Origin: Zootoca vivipara
Lineage: Eukaryota
Direction of reading: 5' to 3'
NCBI RefSeq assembly: GCF_963506605.1
Contig: NC_083281.1
Span: 37,572,001 to 37,636,000, forward strand
Length of the DNA: 64,000 nt
The stretch's first letter is position 1. Every line of letters begins with the position of its first letter. Both the position numbers and the translations under genes were made by a program. The notes under the pieces were generated by a model. The model saw only the letters and a program-made list of their open reading frames with translations. It made no database searches and was not told where the DNA came from. Of the stretch, positions 25,601-38,026 are shown one piece after another.

Positions 25601-28600
25601 AACAGAGGTCAAGAATTGATCTCCAAGCATGTTGAGAGGGGCATACCTTTCCCACAAGATCCTGATTACTTAAATTTTGAGTCAATCTATTTCTCAATCC
25701 AGCAGGCATATCGGAGGACTAAGGTCCAAGGTACTTGAGTGCACCTTTCTCTAACATATCAAGGGTAGTGAACGTGTGGTGCTCCAGATGCTGTGTGACT
25801 TAAACTTCCATCAGCCCCAGCCAGCATGGCCAACGCTCAAGGTTTATGGGAGCTGGGAATCCAATATCTGGAGTGCCACACATTCTCCACCCCTACTGTA
25901 CATTAAGATCTTCACATGACTCCATTCTCTACACCCTTTGAGAGTGACTCAGGGCAGTGCCTTTCCAGCAATGGCACCCAGGTGTGAAACATCCTTCCCC
26001 AGGAGGACTGCATGCTGAGCTCTTTAGAGGCCTTGAGGGAAGAGCTATGGGGAATTTCCATTCCAAGAGCCTTTGGAAGGTAAGATTCCTCCAATAATCT
26101 CTGTACAGTATTGAGCATTTTCAGCACCTGCTTTTCACATTCTAATAGGGGTTTCATTGTTGATGGTTTTAAAAGACTGGAGCTGTCCCACTAGTCTTAG
26201 AAAGGATTCTCCCAAGCAGATTCCATCCTGTTCTTAGCTCAGAAGTTACCTTTCCTTTTTGGCTGGAGAAGGGGCATCGATTCAATTGTAGGAAGAGGGC
26301 GGTAGTTGGCCTGGATTGGGGGCAAGGGGATGTCAGGAAGCGTTGGCACCACGTCAATGATCATCTGGAATAGAGGAGAAAATAAAGTGTTTAAGTTTAG
26401 GCAACTCTGCAAAATAAAGTTCATGAAAGTGTTGCTAATCCACAAGAATATTTACTAGCTTTTCTTCTCACACACAGTCATTTGTGGCCCATGGATGTCC
26501 TGAAGGAAGATGGCTGGTGGGCAGGAGTGGAGAGAGAGGAGATAAAAAGAGGCAGCAAATCTCTTTCAGTTTGCAAACACTTGTCTGCCTGGTTGTCTAA
26601 AGGCAGTTCTCTCTGCCCTCCAAATAGAAGCAACCATACTGAATCACACCACTGGTCCATTTAGCTCAGTATTGTCTACACTGACTGGCAGCAGCCTGTA
26701 AAGGGTGTGGCCTGGGGCCTGAGGGAAGGTTCCAAGGCCAAATAGAGAGCCCGGGAGGGCCACATTTGGCCCTGAGGCTCCCTACCCTTGGTCTATACCA
26801 GGCACCCCCAAACTGCGGCCCTCCAGATGTTTTGGCCTACAACTCCCATGATCCCTAGCTAACAGGATCAATGGTCAGGGATGATGGGAGTTGTAGTCCA
26901 AAACATCTGGAGGGCCGAAGTTTGGGGATGCCTGGTCTATACTAACTTATCAGCAGCTCTTCAGAGTTTCAGACACAAGGGTTATTTTTCTTTACATCAC
27001 CTACTACTCAATCCATTTAACTGGAGATGGCAGGAACTGAACCAGGGATTCTCAGCATGCAAAGCACATTAACTACCAGTGACCTACGATCCCTCCCTTC
27101 CGCCGCTATAAATGAGAGCAAATACAATCACATACACTTAGTCTTCTTTTCAGTTCAAGTTGAGGCCAAATGAAGTTGTTTATTTATTTCCAATATTTAT
27201 ATACCAGCTATTGACTGAGTGGTTTACAAGTAAAAATCATAAACATAAAATACAGTATGAAAAGAAAATCTAACACAGAATAAAACCAGCAACAGAGATT
27301 GACATCAGTGCAACACGTATTTTAAAGTAAAAGTGCAGTACAGTGGTGCCTCGCTTAACGAATGCCCTGCTTAACGAAATTTCCGCTTAACGAAAGGATT
27401 TTTTGAGCGGAGGTTGCCTCGCTACACAAATTCGTTTTATGAAAAATTTGTCTAGCGAATCGCGGTTTCCCATAGGAATGCATTGAAATTCAATTAATGC
27501 GTTCCTATGGGCAAATAATAATAAAAAAAATTCAATGCATTCCTATGGGATTTGCTAGACGAATTTTTCGTTATAAGAAAAGACCCGTGGAATGAATTAA
27601 ATTCTTCTAGCGAGGCACCACTGTAAAATGTTTTGTTGGAAATTTTATTCAAAGGAAAGATACAGCAAGTCCTACCCAGACATGTATTTCACTGCCAGTG
27701 CTGCCACTCAAGGGGATCTCACGGGAGGCATTTTTATTCCGCAGTGCTCTGCCCAGCCCCCAGGACCTCATGCCATGCCAGTTCATGCACTCCAAACACC
27801 TGAAGCTGTCACTGTTAAGCAGTGTCAATTTTAGTTCATTGCCCAACAGGTTGGCTTGCTCTGGTCTCTGTGGATTAGTGCCTGGAGAATATAGTGGCCC
27901 CAAGAATACAGAAGTTAAGCAAGCTTTACACAATGTTGATGAGCCATTTTCAGGGTGAGGGAGGTGGCACTGTGCAGGCAGGGCTGGGGAATCTGTAGCC
28001 TTCCAGATGTTGTTGGACCACAACTCTCATCATCCTTGCCATTGGCCATATTTGCTGGGGCTGCTGGGAATTGTAGTTCAGCAACGTCTGGAGGGCCAAA
28101 GGTTCCCCACACATGCAATTATCCACTAACCATGGATCATCATTACATGTGATTAAGTCCGGGATGAAGACAAGGCAGATCCCATTTCCATGGATATTCT
28201 TCCTTATTCTCATAGCACTGTTCCCTGAAGAAGTTCTATCCTCCTTCTGATTTACCAAAGCTAGCTTGCCCCTAAGTGTGCTGAAGTTAGATCAGGCACC
28301 AAACTGCATTCCCTAAGCAGAGAGCAGTTCTTTCTCATTAATTCAGAATTTGGGGAGTTCAGAATTCACAGGAGCAGAGGTGTCACAAGCCCTGCACCAC
28401 TTGCAATTATGCTGCAAAGGAGAAATCAAATCTCCAACAGTTGCGTTTTAGTAAGTTTATCAGAGGCTAGAGTCACCTTTTAAAAAAAGACATAGGGAAC
28501 TTAGGGAGCTGCCTTATACTGAGTCAGACCAATGACCATGGGCCTATCTAGCTTGGCATTGTCTACACTGACTGGCAGCAACTATCCAGGGTCCCAGGCA

Positions 28601-31600
28601 AGAGTTCTTCTCTGCATTACTTAGAGGTGCTGAGGATTGAACCCGGGACCTTCTGGGTTCAAGGCAGAAGCTCTGCCACTGAGCTGAGGCCGCTCCTACA
28701 GCTAAATAGAAATAAAAAGAGGCAAGCTACACCTTTTAATAAAACATCAAGAATAAAGTAAAATACAGCCTCTGATAAGTGTGCAAATGTTCAAGATGTA
28801 ATTACACAGCACTGCTTCCTACCACATTATTTTTGCTGCATTTGCAGCACCAGTGACTTCTCTAGGGTGCAAGCCTGGGCAGTATGTATGGAGGTCCTGG
28901 GCTGCCCGGAAGGTACTAGACCACAAAGATAAGAGAGACCATATTTCACAAACAGATGGAGCACACACAGAACCACCCCAAGATAAATGGTCTCCCCTCT
29001 TCTCCTCATTAATAAGGTGAGGGTGTATGTAATCCCTTGGGAGACTGTCTCTGGACAAGTCTCGTTGAAATGAACAGCAGCACCCTAGAATGCTACTCCA
29101 GTTCCCTTCACCCCGCCTTGCACCCTGGAGAACTTCCTCCAGAGCTGCCATGCCATGAGGCAGGTCCACCTCTTTGCTGCCTTTGTGGATGCTCTCTACC
29201 TGCCATCTCCCCTTTCCTTATTGGAAAAGGCACTTATGAGCAAGGGGAGAAGGTGCAATGGACCCCCAAAACATTGGGCTCACCTTTTTTGCTTTGGAAG
29301 CCCCCGACTGCTTCTTCTCGCTGGCCTGCTTGTGTGTCTTCCTGCTCGCGTCAGAGCTCTTGGTGCTGGACTTGGAACCATTCTGCTTGCCGTGCCCTTT
29401 GTCTTTGTCCGGGACGGGAGCTGTGGGCTTCACCACGTTCTTCTTCTTCTTCTTCTGCGGCTGGTCATAACTCAGGTAGGACTCGAAGGACATCTTCGGC
29501 TTCTCATACTCATCCTCTGCGTCTCCCTCCCCATCGTTTGGAGGAGAGAAGTTGGCTGGTCTCTTGTTTGACTCGGAGGCCCTGGCTTTGCCCTCCAAGT
29601 TTTTGGAGCTGCCCGAAGCCTTCTTCTCCTTGCTCTTGTTGGAGGAATCGCCCTCTGGCTTGCGCTTCTCCCGATCTCCAGGCAAGGCCTCCAGGCTGCT
29701 CAGCTTCACCTTCTCTGGCTTGACTCTCTCAGAGTCCTGGTGCTTTTGCTTCCTCAAGTGGTTGTCCAGCGTTTCCTCCAAGTCCACGTGTGGCTTCTCC
29801 TTCTTGCTACTGCTGCCGCCTTCTCTCTTCTTCTCTCGCTTGGTGCTGTCCAAGGCCTTCAGCCTCTCCTTGCTCCCCCCCAACATAGAAGAGTCTCGCA
29901 GGGGCTCTTTGGAGGAAGCCTTTAGCAGCCTCTCTGGGCTAAAAGCAGGCCCTTTCTCCTCCCCCTTGGCATCCAGCCGCAGCTTCTCCTTGTGAGAAGA
30001 CTTGTGCTCTTTGCTCCGACTCAAGCTGGCTTTCTCCTGGGAGTCACTGAAGCTCCTACTCTGGCTTCCCTCTTGCCTGTCCTGAAAGCCATGGCCCTTA
30101 TTGGACTTCCGATTAAGGGACTTCTGCTCCCTTTCCTGGTCCTCAGCTCTACAGAGGTCCATGTACAGGTCCTGAGGGCTATCACTAGGCTCGGGCGAGG
30201 CCGCGTGTCCATAGTCAGAGCATTCCTGGTCGGAGGAGAGAGCCGGGGACTCTCTGCCCCACGTCCTGTCCTCTGGAACACCATAGCTCAACGTCTCATG
30301 GGCTTTTTCGGGCTCATAATATCTCTTGGGCTTTTTCGCTCCATTGTCTGGCTCGTACGACTGGCTGCAGGAAGGCTGGTACGCCTCTGTGTAGTCCTGG
30401 TCGGCCTCTTCATCCTCTTTGGGGGAAGGTTCCCGTTGCCGTTTCCTAGAGATGCTTCGGTCATAGCTGCGCTCTACAGGTTCGAGGTTAGGCCTTGGCA
30501 AAATAGAAAAGGAAAGTAGTAGTAGATCAGAAAAACCTGACATAGAAGCATTAAGTTACTTCTGAGGTTGGCCTCCCTTCCTTTACTGAGGTAGAAAAAG
30601 AATCCAGCCAAGACTGTTGACTTCAGTGCCTCTGCAACAAAGGTGGGGAACCTCCAGCCCTCCAAGCACTGCTAGAGTATGACTCCCATCAGCCCCAGCC
30701 AACATAGCCAAGGGTGATGGGAGTCCAACAGCATTGGGATTTTTTGAGGCCAAGTTTCTAGTCCTTATAGCAATAAATGGAGCTTGCACATTTCCACGTG
30801 TGTCTATGAAATATCCCTGCACTCAAGAAGCACAACATATCTTTTCCTTTACCTTGACAGTTCCTTATTTACTTTCTCATATGCCAACAGTCCAAGTACA
30901 GAATATGTCATTTGAAATAATGCTGAAGAAGACAAAATGCAAGTGAACATGTTTGCTTAAACTGGTGTTCTACAGTCATCATTCAAAAGAGCCCAAAAAA
31001 TTGGCACCCAGGTTCCATGATCACATACAACGCAAGGGAAAAGGCAGCACAGATGGTGCAACTCTCTGGGGTTTGAGTTACAGTTACAGTCTCACTCTCA
31101 CACATTTAATCACTGCCCTCCTTGAGCATAAGGGAGGGAAGGTCAGCCAACTTTGCCTTTGTTTCCAGCAGTTCTCAGTGCCTGTTCTTTGTTCAGCAGC
31201 AGCAGCAGCAGCAGCAGCAGCTAGGCCAGTAATTCTTACTGCTAGGAGAAAGCAGTCAATGAGCCACGATAAAAATAAATAAAATAATTAAAGACTCCAA
31301 GGAGCCCAAAGGAGCCACCACATGGAAGAAGTCTCCTGCTGCTATCTCTACATGAAAATGCCCATGCCAGCTCTCAGCCACTCTCTCCTGGAGGTGGGCT
31401 ATTCCTGCAGTGACCCAATTCTGGACTGGGAACAACAGATTATTTGATTGCACACAATGCAGATTCAACAGATTACATGGCCTCTGAGGAAGATACCTAC
31501 TATCCCTCTGGGTAAGTCTCACTTCCTGCTATGCAGCATCACTTAGAGGTGGACAATTCTGCTGCCTGCCTCTGGAATGGGTACAATCAGACCATTCAAG

Positions 31601-32006
31601 CATTCCTGGTGGGGAGATACAACCCACTGTGTCCTTCCAATCAGGAGACACGCCCAGATCACCAATTCCTGCAGAAATACAGTGGTGCCTCACTTAACGA
31701 ATGCCCTGCTTAACGAAATTTCTGCTTAACGAAAGGATTTTTCAAGCGGAGGTTGCCTCGCTAGATGAATTCGTTTTATGAAAAATTCGTCTAGCAAATC
31801 ACGGTTTCCCATAGGAATGCATTGAAATTCAATTAATGCGTTCCTATGGGCAAAAAAAAAATTCAAAGAAAATTCAATGCATTCCTATAGGATTCGCTAG
31901 ACGAATTTTTCGTTATAAGAAAAGACCCGTGGAACGAATTAAATTCGTCTAGCGAGGCACCACTGTACTAGTAATGGGAGGGTTGCTATTCTGAGGGAAG
32001 ATATCC

Positions 32007-32053
<47 letters not shown>

Positions 32054-35000
32054 CCTGCCTTCCAACTAAAAGCATATTTGCACTGAAGTTCTCTAAAACA
32101 AACCAAAGCTTTCCTGTAAAAGTGGCATGTATGTTTAATTACAATGCCGGCAAAGGAATTAGATGAACGATCAAAAGGGAGAGAAACACCAGAATGGACA
32201 AACTTTTCATGGTGTGGGGGAAATGGACAGAGAGACATTCCTCTCTCCCAGTCTCCCAGTTCTAGAACCCAGGGCCATGCAAAGGAGCCAAATGATGGAA
32301 GAGTCAGGACAGGGAAAAAGAAGTCCTTCTTCACACAGCACAAAGTTAAAAGCACGGAATTCATGACTACAAGATGTAGTGAGGGCCAACTTGAATGGTT
32401 TTAAAAAGCATTCAGACAAATTCATTGAAGATAAAGCTGTCAGTGGCTATGCACAACCTTCCAGTATTGAAGGCAGTATGCTTCTGACATTGCTGGAAAG
32501 TTCAAGGGTGAAATGCATTGCTGCACTCAGGTTCTTCTTGCATCTGATTGGCCACCTCAAAAACAGGATGCTGTGCTAGAGTGGCCTAATCTAACAGGCC
32601 CCTTCTAACCTTCCTAATGCTTACAGAGAAGGACAAGGCAGATCAGAGATGAACCAGAATCCCCTGTGCTATGGAACAAAGGAAGCTGCCTTGTACCAAG
32701 TTCATATTGTCTCTACACAGAATGGGTGATATTCAAGCAGTAGACCCATGGAAATGAATAAACCTAAGTTAGTCATGCCTATTAATTTCTATGAGTCTAC
32801 TTTGAGTAGGACTAACATTGGCTATAACCCAAAGTTAGCACCTCTCCAGGGTTTCCAATAAAGAAGGTCCTTTCCCAGGGCTACCTGGAGATGCCAGAGA
32901 TTGAGCCAAGAAACTCTACACCCTAAGAATGTGCTGTACCACCAAGTACCCCAAAACAGCAGGGATTCCTGGACTCTATCCCACATTGCTTTGGGCTTAC
33001 TTGCTTGGTCCCTACCTAGTCAGCCACAACCAACGCAAGAAACCTGGGAATCCTTCAAATTATTCTGAGGCATAAAATGACTTCAGCTGATGAATTACAA
33101 GTCCCCAGGTGTCATCTGGTATAAAAGGTCATCAAATAACAGAATTAGGGGATAAGTCTGGCTTACCGTTCCACTTCCTGTGGGACTGGCACTAGCTTTT
33201 TCCACCTTGCCACCAAATTCTTGGCAAAATCTCCAACCTGTTCGTGTTTCCGTAAACCGTTCACAGTTTTCCCCACTCCAGTCTCCTGCAGAAGGGATAC
33301 AGAAAACCTCAAGTTTTGACCATCATTGATTGCCAATGTGTATTTCTTTTAGGTTTGTATATATCCAGTCTCACCCTGGAGGATAACATGACGAATCCCC
33401 CCCAAGTACAATAAAATAAAGCTCGTTTATTTTTACCCCACCTTTCACTCTCAAAAGGGAGCCCAAAACAGTTAACGCAACCAACTAAAAAACCCACTAA
33501 AAATAAAATATGAAAGAGTCCTTTGCTTGGTTCTCAATTTGGGAGAAATTACTGAGATATTGTGAGAATCCTTGAGATTAAGAATGATGCGAAGGGTCAG
33601 ACAAAAAGCCACCGGAGCTCATTTTGGCTTCCATCTCTTTAATCCTAAAGGTGGTGCATACCCTCAAGTGATGCACTGCATATCTGGGAATAAGAAGTGC
33701 TGTTATGAAAAGAGGTCTTACCAGAAGGATATCAACCGTAATAGGCAACTCTGAAAGCCGCTTCAAACTCTTCATCAGCTGCAGAAACAAAAACGAAAAG
33801 GGAGTGAGGCGTCCACCAATCAAAGGGAGTTCTGTTTTGCAGCAGCAAAGCAGGAAGGGCACAAGAAAACAAATCCATCCAGCTTTTATGATGGCAGCCA
33901 CGCAGAGCAAGATTAAGTCCTGCTGAACAAGAATACTCACACCTTTTGTGGACAAATGATGCAGAACAAGGAATCCTGAAGATGCAGCAAAAGGCAGCCC
34001 CATTGCAGCTCTCCTCCTCTCATTTGAATTACTGGCGCACAAGAAGCTTCCTAGAATCTCATAAGGCAGGTGGCACTCTGACTCTAACCCTCCACTGCTG
34101 TGGCTTGTCTGCAAAGGCAGCATGGCCAGGACCAGAAGCTGGCAGAGTCAAGGAGTTGCCAACCCCAGACCTGTTTAGGTGGTCCGGCTGCTACAGCTAG
34201 TGCAAAATACAGTTGCTCAGCTGGTGGGAAGGACCATGTGTCACTCATCCCAAATGCGCTGCACGGCTGCCCAGGAGCTACCTGGCCCAATTCAAGATGT
34301 CTGTGCTAGCATAAAAAGCCCTAACTGGCTGAGGACCCAGGAATCTAAAAGAGCACCTTTCCACAATATCAACCATTTCGGAGCCTATGATTGGCAGTTG
34401 TGACCTTGGTGGTAGTATCACCATTAGATGCTGCCCGGTTGCCACTGACTCATGGCAGGGCCTTTTTGGTGGTGGTTCTCCAATTTGTGGAATGTCCCAC
34501 CTGGTGAGGCATGCCCATCTCCCCGCATTATTAAGTTTCAGGAAAAGTTTTAGCACATTCCTGTTCAAGCAGGCATCTGGTGGCTGAAAGATACTGTTCT
34601 TGGCAACCTTGAAATTGTTAGCCATAAGGACATGCAACTTTTTTTAAAAAAGTTTATCTATGCTCTTATTTTTTTATTTAATCCACCTTCTACCACAAGG
34701 TCCCAGGAAAGGTAGCAACAATAAATTAATACAATTAAAAGTCAAATAAAAGTTACAGCTATAAAACAAGAAAGGGGGGGGGGCGACCAGTTTCTTATGT
34801 ACAGAACTTTTTTTTAAAAATCCACATAAAAAACAGTTCCAATATGGTCACAGGTTGGGATAAAGATCTAAACTTAAAAGAGTTGCTGAAAGAAGAATGT
34901 CTTCAGTAGGCGCCAAAAAGTCAACATAGTCGGTGCCTGTGTTAGTATGTACTGGAAGGAATTCTATCATGCTCAATAGACCTCCTAATAAGACAGTATC

Positions 35001-38000
35001 CACAGGTGGCCCTCTCCTGCAGAACCCAGTGATTGGTTGGGTATAGAAGGGGCGAGACTATCTTTTAAGTACCCTGGTCCCAAGCTGTATAGGGCTTTGC
35101 AGTTAAGCTTGCTGGCAAATTGGCAACCAGAGCAATTCTTTCAGCAGCAGCGAAACATGGTGGTGAGAGCTTGCCCCAAATAGTCAACTTGCCAATTTCT
35201 GTACCAGCTGCAGCTTCTGGGCCAACCTCAAGGACAGTATCCATTGCTGGTGGAGTCTCTTATGGGTTGTTTCTTTTTTTACTTATCTTTAAGTGTGTTG
35301 TTTTGCTGCTTGGTTGTTTGCCACCATGGCTCCTTTCGGAGTAAGGGTGAGATGGAAATTAAATAAATAAATCAGAGGCCTACTGAGGGCTGCACCATCT
35401 CGAATCAAGCACTATCTATCATGGATGCTCTCTTGCATTGCAGCGGGTTAGGCTAGATGACCCTTGGTACACATGCTGCCATATGGCACAACTAGTTGCC
35501 TGTATGACGAGACCTTGGCCAAACATCTGCACCCATTCAGAAAGTCAACAAAACAGGGAAAAGGCCACACACTCCTTAGCATTTGCCTGGATATTACGGA
35601 CCACCCTGATGTCTCACATGGTAACAGGTACACTATGCCAAGTTGCCATTTTGGGCAATCAGTACTGTCAGGGGGACTCCCTACAGGGAGCCTTCCCCCA
35701 TCATCCTGACCAGCACTTCGTCCAGTGCTAGCAGCAGGTCAGGGGGAAGCAGAATGGAGGAGGGAAGGCTCAGCGAGGCATCAGAGCCCCTGCACCACTC
35801 TGACCAACAAGTGCAGGAGGGACGGCTCAGGGAAGCGTCGGAGCCCAGGCACTGCCCCAGCCGGCCAGGGGAAGAAGGGGCACTGCTCCTTCCAGCACCC
35901 GAATTGAGGCACGCGCCCAAACACAGGGCTACGGGGCGGCGTTTCGGGGTGCCCAGGTTAGTATGTTGGCCCCGAAGCCGGCGGACACCATTGCCGGGTT
36001 CTGAGAGTGACTAGGAGGTCATGTTTTCTGCTATCTCTGCACTGTAAATAGTATGCACAATAAAACCTTTAAAGACACAATGGACTGGAGCGTCTTTACT
36101 CGGGAGTAGCCACAACAACTCCCTGACAAGTACCCACCCCCTAATGAGTAGGTCTCTAGGACCTTCAAATTTTTATTAAAGCAGGAGCCAATATTTTATA
36201 GGGCAGACACCAGATTCTACCTATGCATTCCATTTCCAACCCCCCCTCACAAATACACACAGCAGATGACACAAAAAGCATACTTATGGACATGCAGATT
36301 AATAAGAATTAAGCTTGGGGGGGCGTTGGAACTCTCCTTTTCACAGCTATGAATTTCTTTTTTATAAATGGTTGCAAGAACAAGGCACTTTTTAAAAAAT
36401 AACATTTTACATATAAATCAAAAAGCATTTCTGACCTGGTCTGAAACCCCAAGCCTGTAGTACTGTAGTTCCCAGAATTCCAAAGGAGCGGGCCCATCTG
36501 ATTTTAAGGGATTTCTAGGTAAAAATGCAACTCACATTGCTCCACAGCTGAGCAAACCTAAAACCCGTAAAATACAGGAAGCACTTCTAGATACAAAGTT
36601 GATTTCACTTCGTTGTTTGATGCTGTGCACCAGAGATATGGTGCTTTCCCTCTAGCACTTAATGTGCTCCAGTACATGGAGTGCAATGCATCTTATCTCT
36701 CCCGTAACCTTATTTTAAATCAGTTCAATGCAAAGACATGATGAGGTATTCAGCAGACACCAAAGTTATATTGATTTGCCAGAATAACCCTCTTTTATGA
36801 GCCCAGGAAAAAGAAATACAGCCCTTTCCTCTAAATTATTCACAGAGCCACTCACCATATCCCATGCCTGCCCCCCACGCGCTTTACATCCCCCCTCAGC
36901 ACATACCGGTAATGAAAATCACTTAGCTTGGCCTAGTTGCCTCTTTGCACACTTTAACCGTTTTGGGGATGCGTGTAAACATGATGGTTTTTTTCTTTAA
37001 AAAATGTTTAGGAGTACTCTCATTTTCCTACTCATATTGAAATACTGCCCCTCAATGAAGCCAAACTTAGATTCACAAAATGTTTAGGGATATGCGTACC
37101 CCTGCGTACACCCCTCCCCAAAAGAAAAAAAGCACTGGTTAAAATTAATAAGGATATAGAGTAGTCTACTTTTTGGTCAGCACATCTAAAGTAGTTGCTG
37201 GGTGGTTTTGATTCCACATTTGTGCAAAGGGATTTATAAAATCTTGAAGACTGCCTTGCTTCAGATATCTCCAATATCCCCCTGGATGTGGGAGTAAACC
37301 CAACAACCTCCCCGCTTTCTTCTTTACACTGCACATATGATGATTTTATTTGACAGATCAACCCTTACGTAGGTCCACAGCGACAACCCCCACCACCACC
37401 ACCATTCATCAGCATACACTGAAAAGGGGGTTCAAGGAACACACTAGAAACGGGGCTTGAGATCGGAGCCCTCATTGCAACCACCCCGGTTCAGAGTTCA
37501 ACCGGGTGTCGTGGGGCGGCGCGGGGAGGGGGGAGGCATAGAATAACTTAAGACACGTTAAGGTACATGCCCTTGGAAACGGAGCTCTGCTGACTGCCAC
37601 CCCACTTCGGAAAAAGAGACTTTGGATCTCCTGGTCTTTCCATCTTCCCGGTGTGAAAAAGTCAAAGCCTGCCCCAAATTCATAATTTTAGTAGGGGGTG
37701 GGATCCCTTGCTCCAGATCACCTGGATCCATACTAGGGAGCCACCCCGCCACATCCCACCGACCTCCTCCGAGTCGCCCCCCCACCTCCTTCTCAAAGAC
37801 CCCTCCCCAGTTCTCGTCTCCTTTACTGTGTGGCCCTTACAAGCGGGCCCCCCTCTTTGTCCACCCAGTTAGCCAGAGTTCCCCAAAGCACTTGGCTACC
37901 AGAGGACCCACCCCCCCACCTTTGCTTCGCCCTTCCCTTCAGGGGGTCCTTTACCTTCTTGGGCTCCGAACTGCCCGTGAGCCGCGACTGCAGCTTCCCT

Positions 38001-38026
38001 ACAACTTCTAGCACCGACTCCGCCAT
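16599..38026 (-). CDS. ELOA: Elongin A (TCEB3), spliced gene span, 779 aa
   Basis: Exons 38026-37955, 33778-33722, 33285-33167, 30493-29284, 26364-26250, 24570-24415, 23191-23094, 20472-20292, 18575-18464, 17059-16902, 16660-16599 sum to 2340 nt; TFIIS-N domain ([23 protein letters not shown]), BC box ([10 protein letters not shown]), C-terminus [20 protein letters not shown]. Confidence 0.97.
16902..17059 (-). CDS. ELOA: ELOA coding exon 10
   Basis: tctgtctag|GATCAAA...GTGAAGA|gtaagt; IKPVYFTP...YDGPSTSS...YDSRKPPVK. Confidence 0.93.
18464..18575 (-). CDS. ELOA: ELOA coding exon 9
   Basis: ttttag|GCAGA...ATCAA|gtgagc; [36 protein letters not shown]. Confidence 0.95.
19277..19412. mobile_element. 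Palindromic 136-bp hAT MITE
   Basis: TIR CAGGCATCCCCAAACT; perfect TSD CCTTAGAG. Confidence 0.9.
19629..19841. mobile_element. Short TIR element (AGGGCTGCCATAT...ATATAGCAACCCT)
   Basis: Imperfect 13-bp terminal inverted repeat; no ORF. Confidence 0.5.
20292..20472 (-). CDS. ELOA: ELOA coding exon 8
   Basis: ctgcag|GTTTTA...AAAG|gtagaa; [44 protein letters not shown]...NKPK. Confidence 0.95.
23094..23191 (-). CDS. ELOA: ELOA coding exon 7
   Basis: cttacag|CAATC...AATCAC|gtgagt; [32 protein letters not shown]. Confidence 0.95.
24415..24570 (-). CDS. ELOA: ELOA coding exon 6 (BC box)
   Basis: ccctcag|TACTG...GACT|gtgagt; [51 protein letters not shown]. Confidence 0.95.
26250..26364 (-). CDS. 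ELOA: ELOA coding exon 5
   Basis: ttccag|ATGATC...AAAG|gtaact; [38 protein letters not shown]. Confidence 0.93.
26799..26934. mobile_element. Palindromic 136-bp hAT MITE
   Basis: TIR CAGGCA(C/T)CCCCAAACT; perfect TSD GTCTATAC; inserted among older repeat fragments. Confidence 0.9.
27341..27623. mobile_element. Tc1/mariner (Tigger-like) MITE, copy 1
   Basis: TA|CAGTGGTGCCTCGCT...AGCGAGGCACCACTG|TA; near-identical to 31680-31965. Confidence 0.9.
28492..28697 (-). mobile_element. Squam3-type tRNA-derived SINE
   Basis: Minus-strand tRNA-like head (AGCTCAGTGGCAGAGC...GGTTCAATCC) and body homologous to 43958-44151. Confidence 0.75.
29284..30493 (-). CDS. ELOA: ELOA coding exon 4 (large, K/E/S-rich linker)
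   Basis: ttttgccaag|GCCTAAC...AAAAAG|gtgagc; 1210 nt; contains the conserved [18 protein letters not shown]. Confidence 0.95.
31194..31221. repeat. (CAG)n microsatellite, ~9 units
   Basis: Direct reading; intronic. Confidence 0.9.
31680..31965. mobile_element. Tc1/mariner (Tigger-like) MITE, copy 2
   Basis: TA|CAGTGGTGCCTC...GAGGCACCACTG|TA; same orientation as 27341-27623. Confidence 0.9.
32008..32052. repeat. (TA)n microsatellite
   Basis: About 22 TA units. Confidence 0.95.
32175..32620 (+). mobile_element. CR1 LINE 3' fragment
   Basis: Translation SRTQGH...[16 protein letters not shown]...[13 protein letters not shown] resembles the CR1 ORF2 C-terminus. Confidence 0.75.
33167..33285 (-). 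CDS. ELOA: ELOA coding exon 3
   Basis: ctgcag|GAGACT...GAACG|gtaagc; [39 protein letters not shown]. Confidence 0.95.
33722..33778 (-). CDS. ELOA: ELOA coding exon 2
   Basis: ttctgcag|CTGATG...CTTCTG|gtaaga; [19 protein letters not shown]. Confidence 0.95.
34030..34590 (+). mobile_element. Degenerate L2 LINE 3' fragment
   Basis: [12 protein letters not shown] resembles the L2 ORF2 LQLVQNAAARLL motif; frameshifted; boundaries approximate. Confidence 0.6.
35666..36128 (+). mobile_element. Solo LTR (463 bp), Gypsy/ERV type
   Basis: TGTCAGGG...CCCTGACA termini; 5-bp TSD AGTAC at 35661-35665 and 36129-36133; AATAAA at 36059-36064; internal ~30-bp direct repeat. Confidence 0.85.
37955..38026 (-). 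CDS. ELOA: ELOA coding exon 1
   Basis: AAAATGGCG start; [24 protein letters not shown]|gtaaag; in-frame TGA upstream at 38074-38072. Confidence 0.93.

Noticed and set aside
29037-30519. Long plus-strand ORFs (228, 138, 147, 175 aa)
   Set aside because: Antisense shadows of the biased ELOA exon 4; no recognisable domain.
31194-31221. Poly-Ala/poly-Gln coding repeat
   Set aside because: Lies in ELOA intron 3; exons 3 and 4 join in phase without it.
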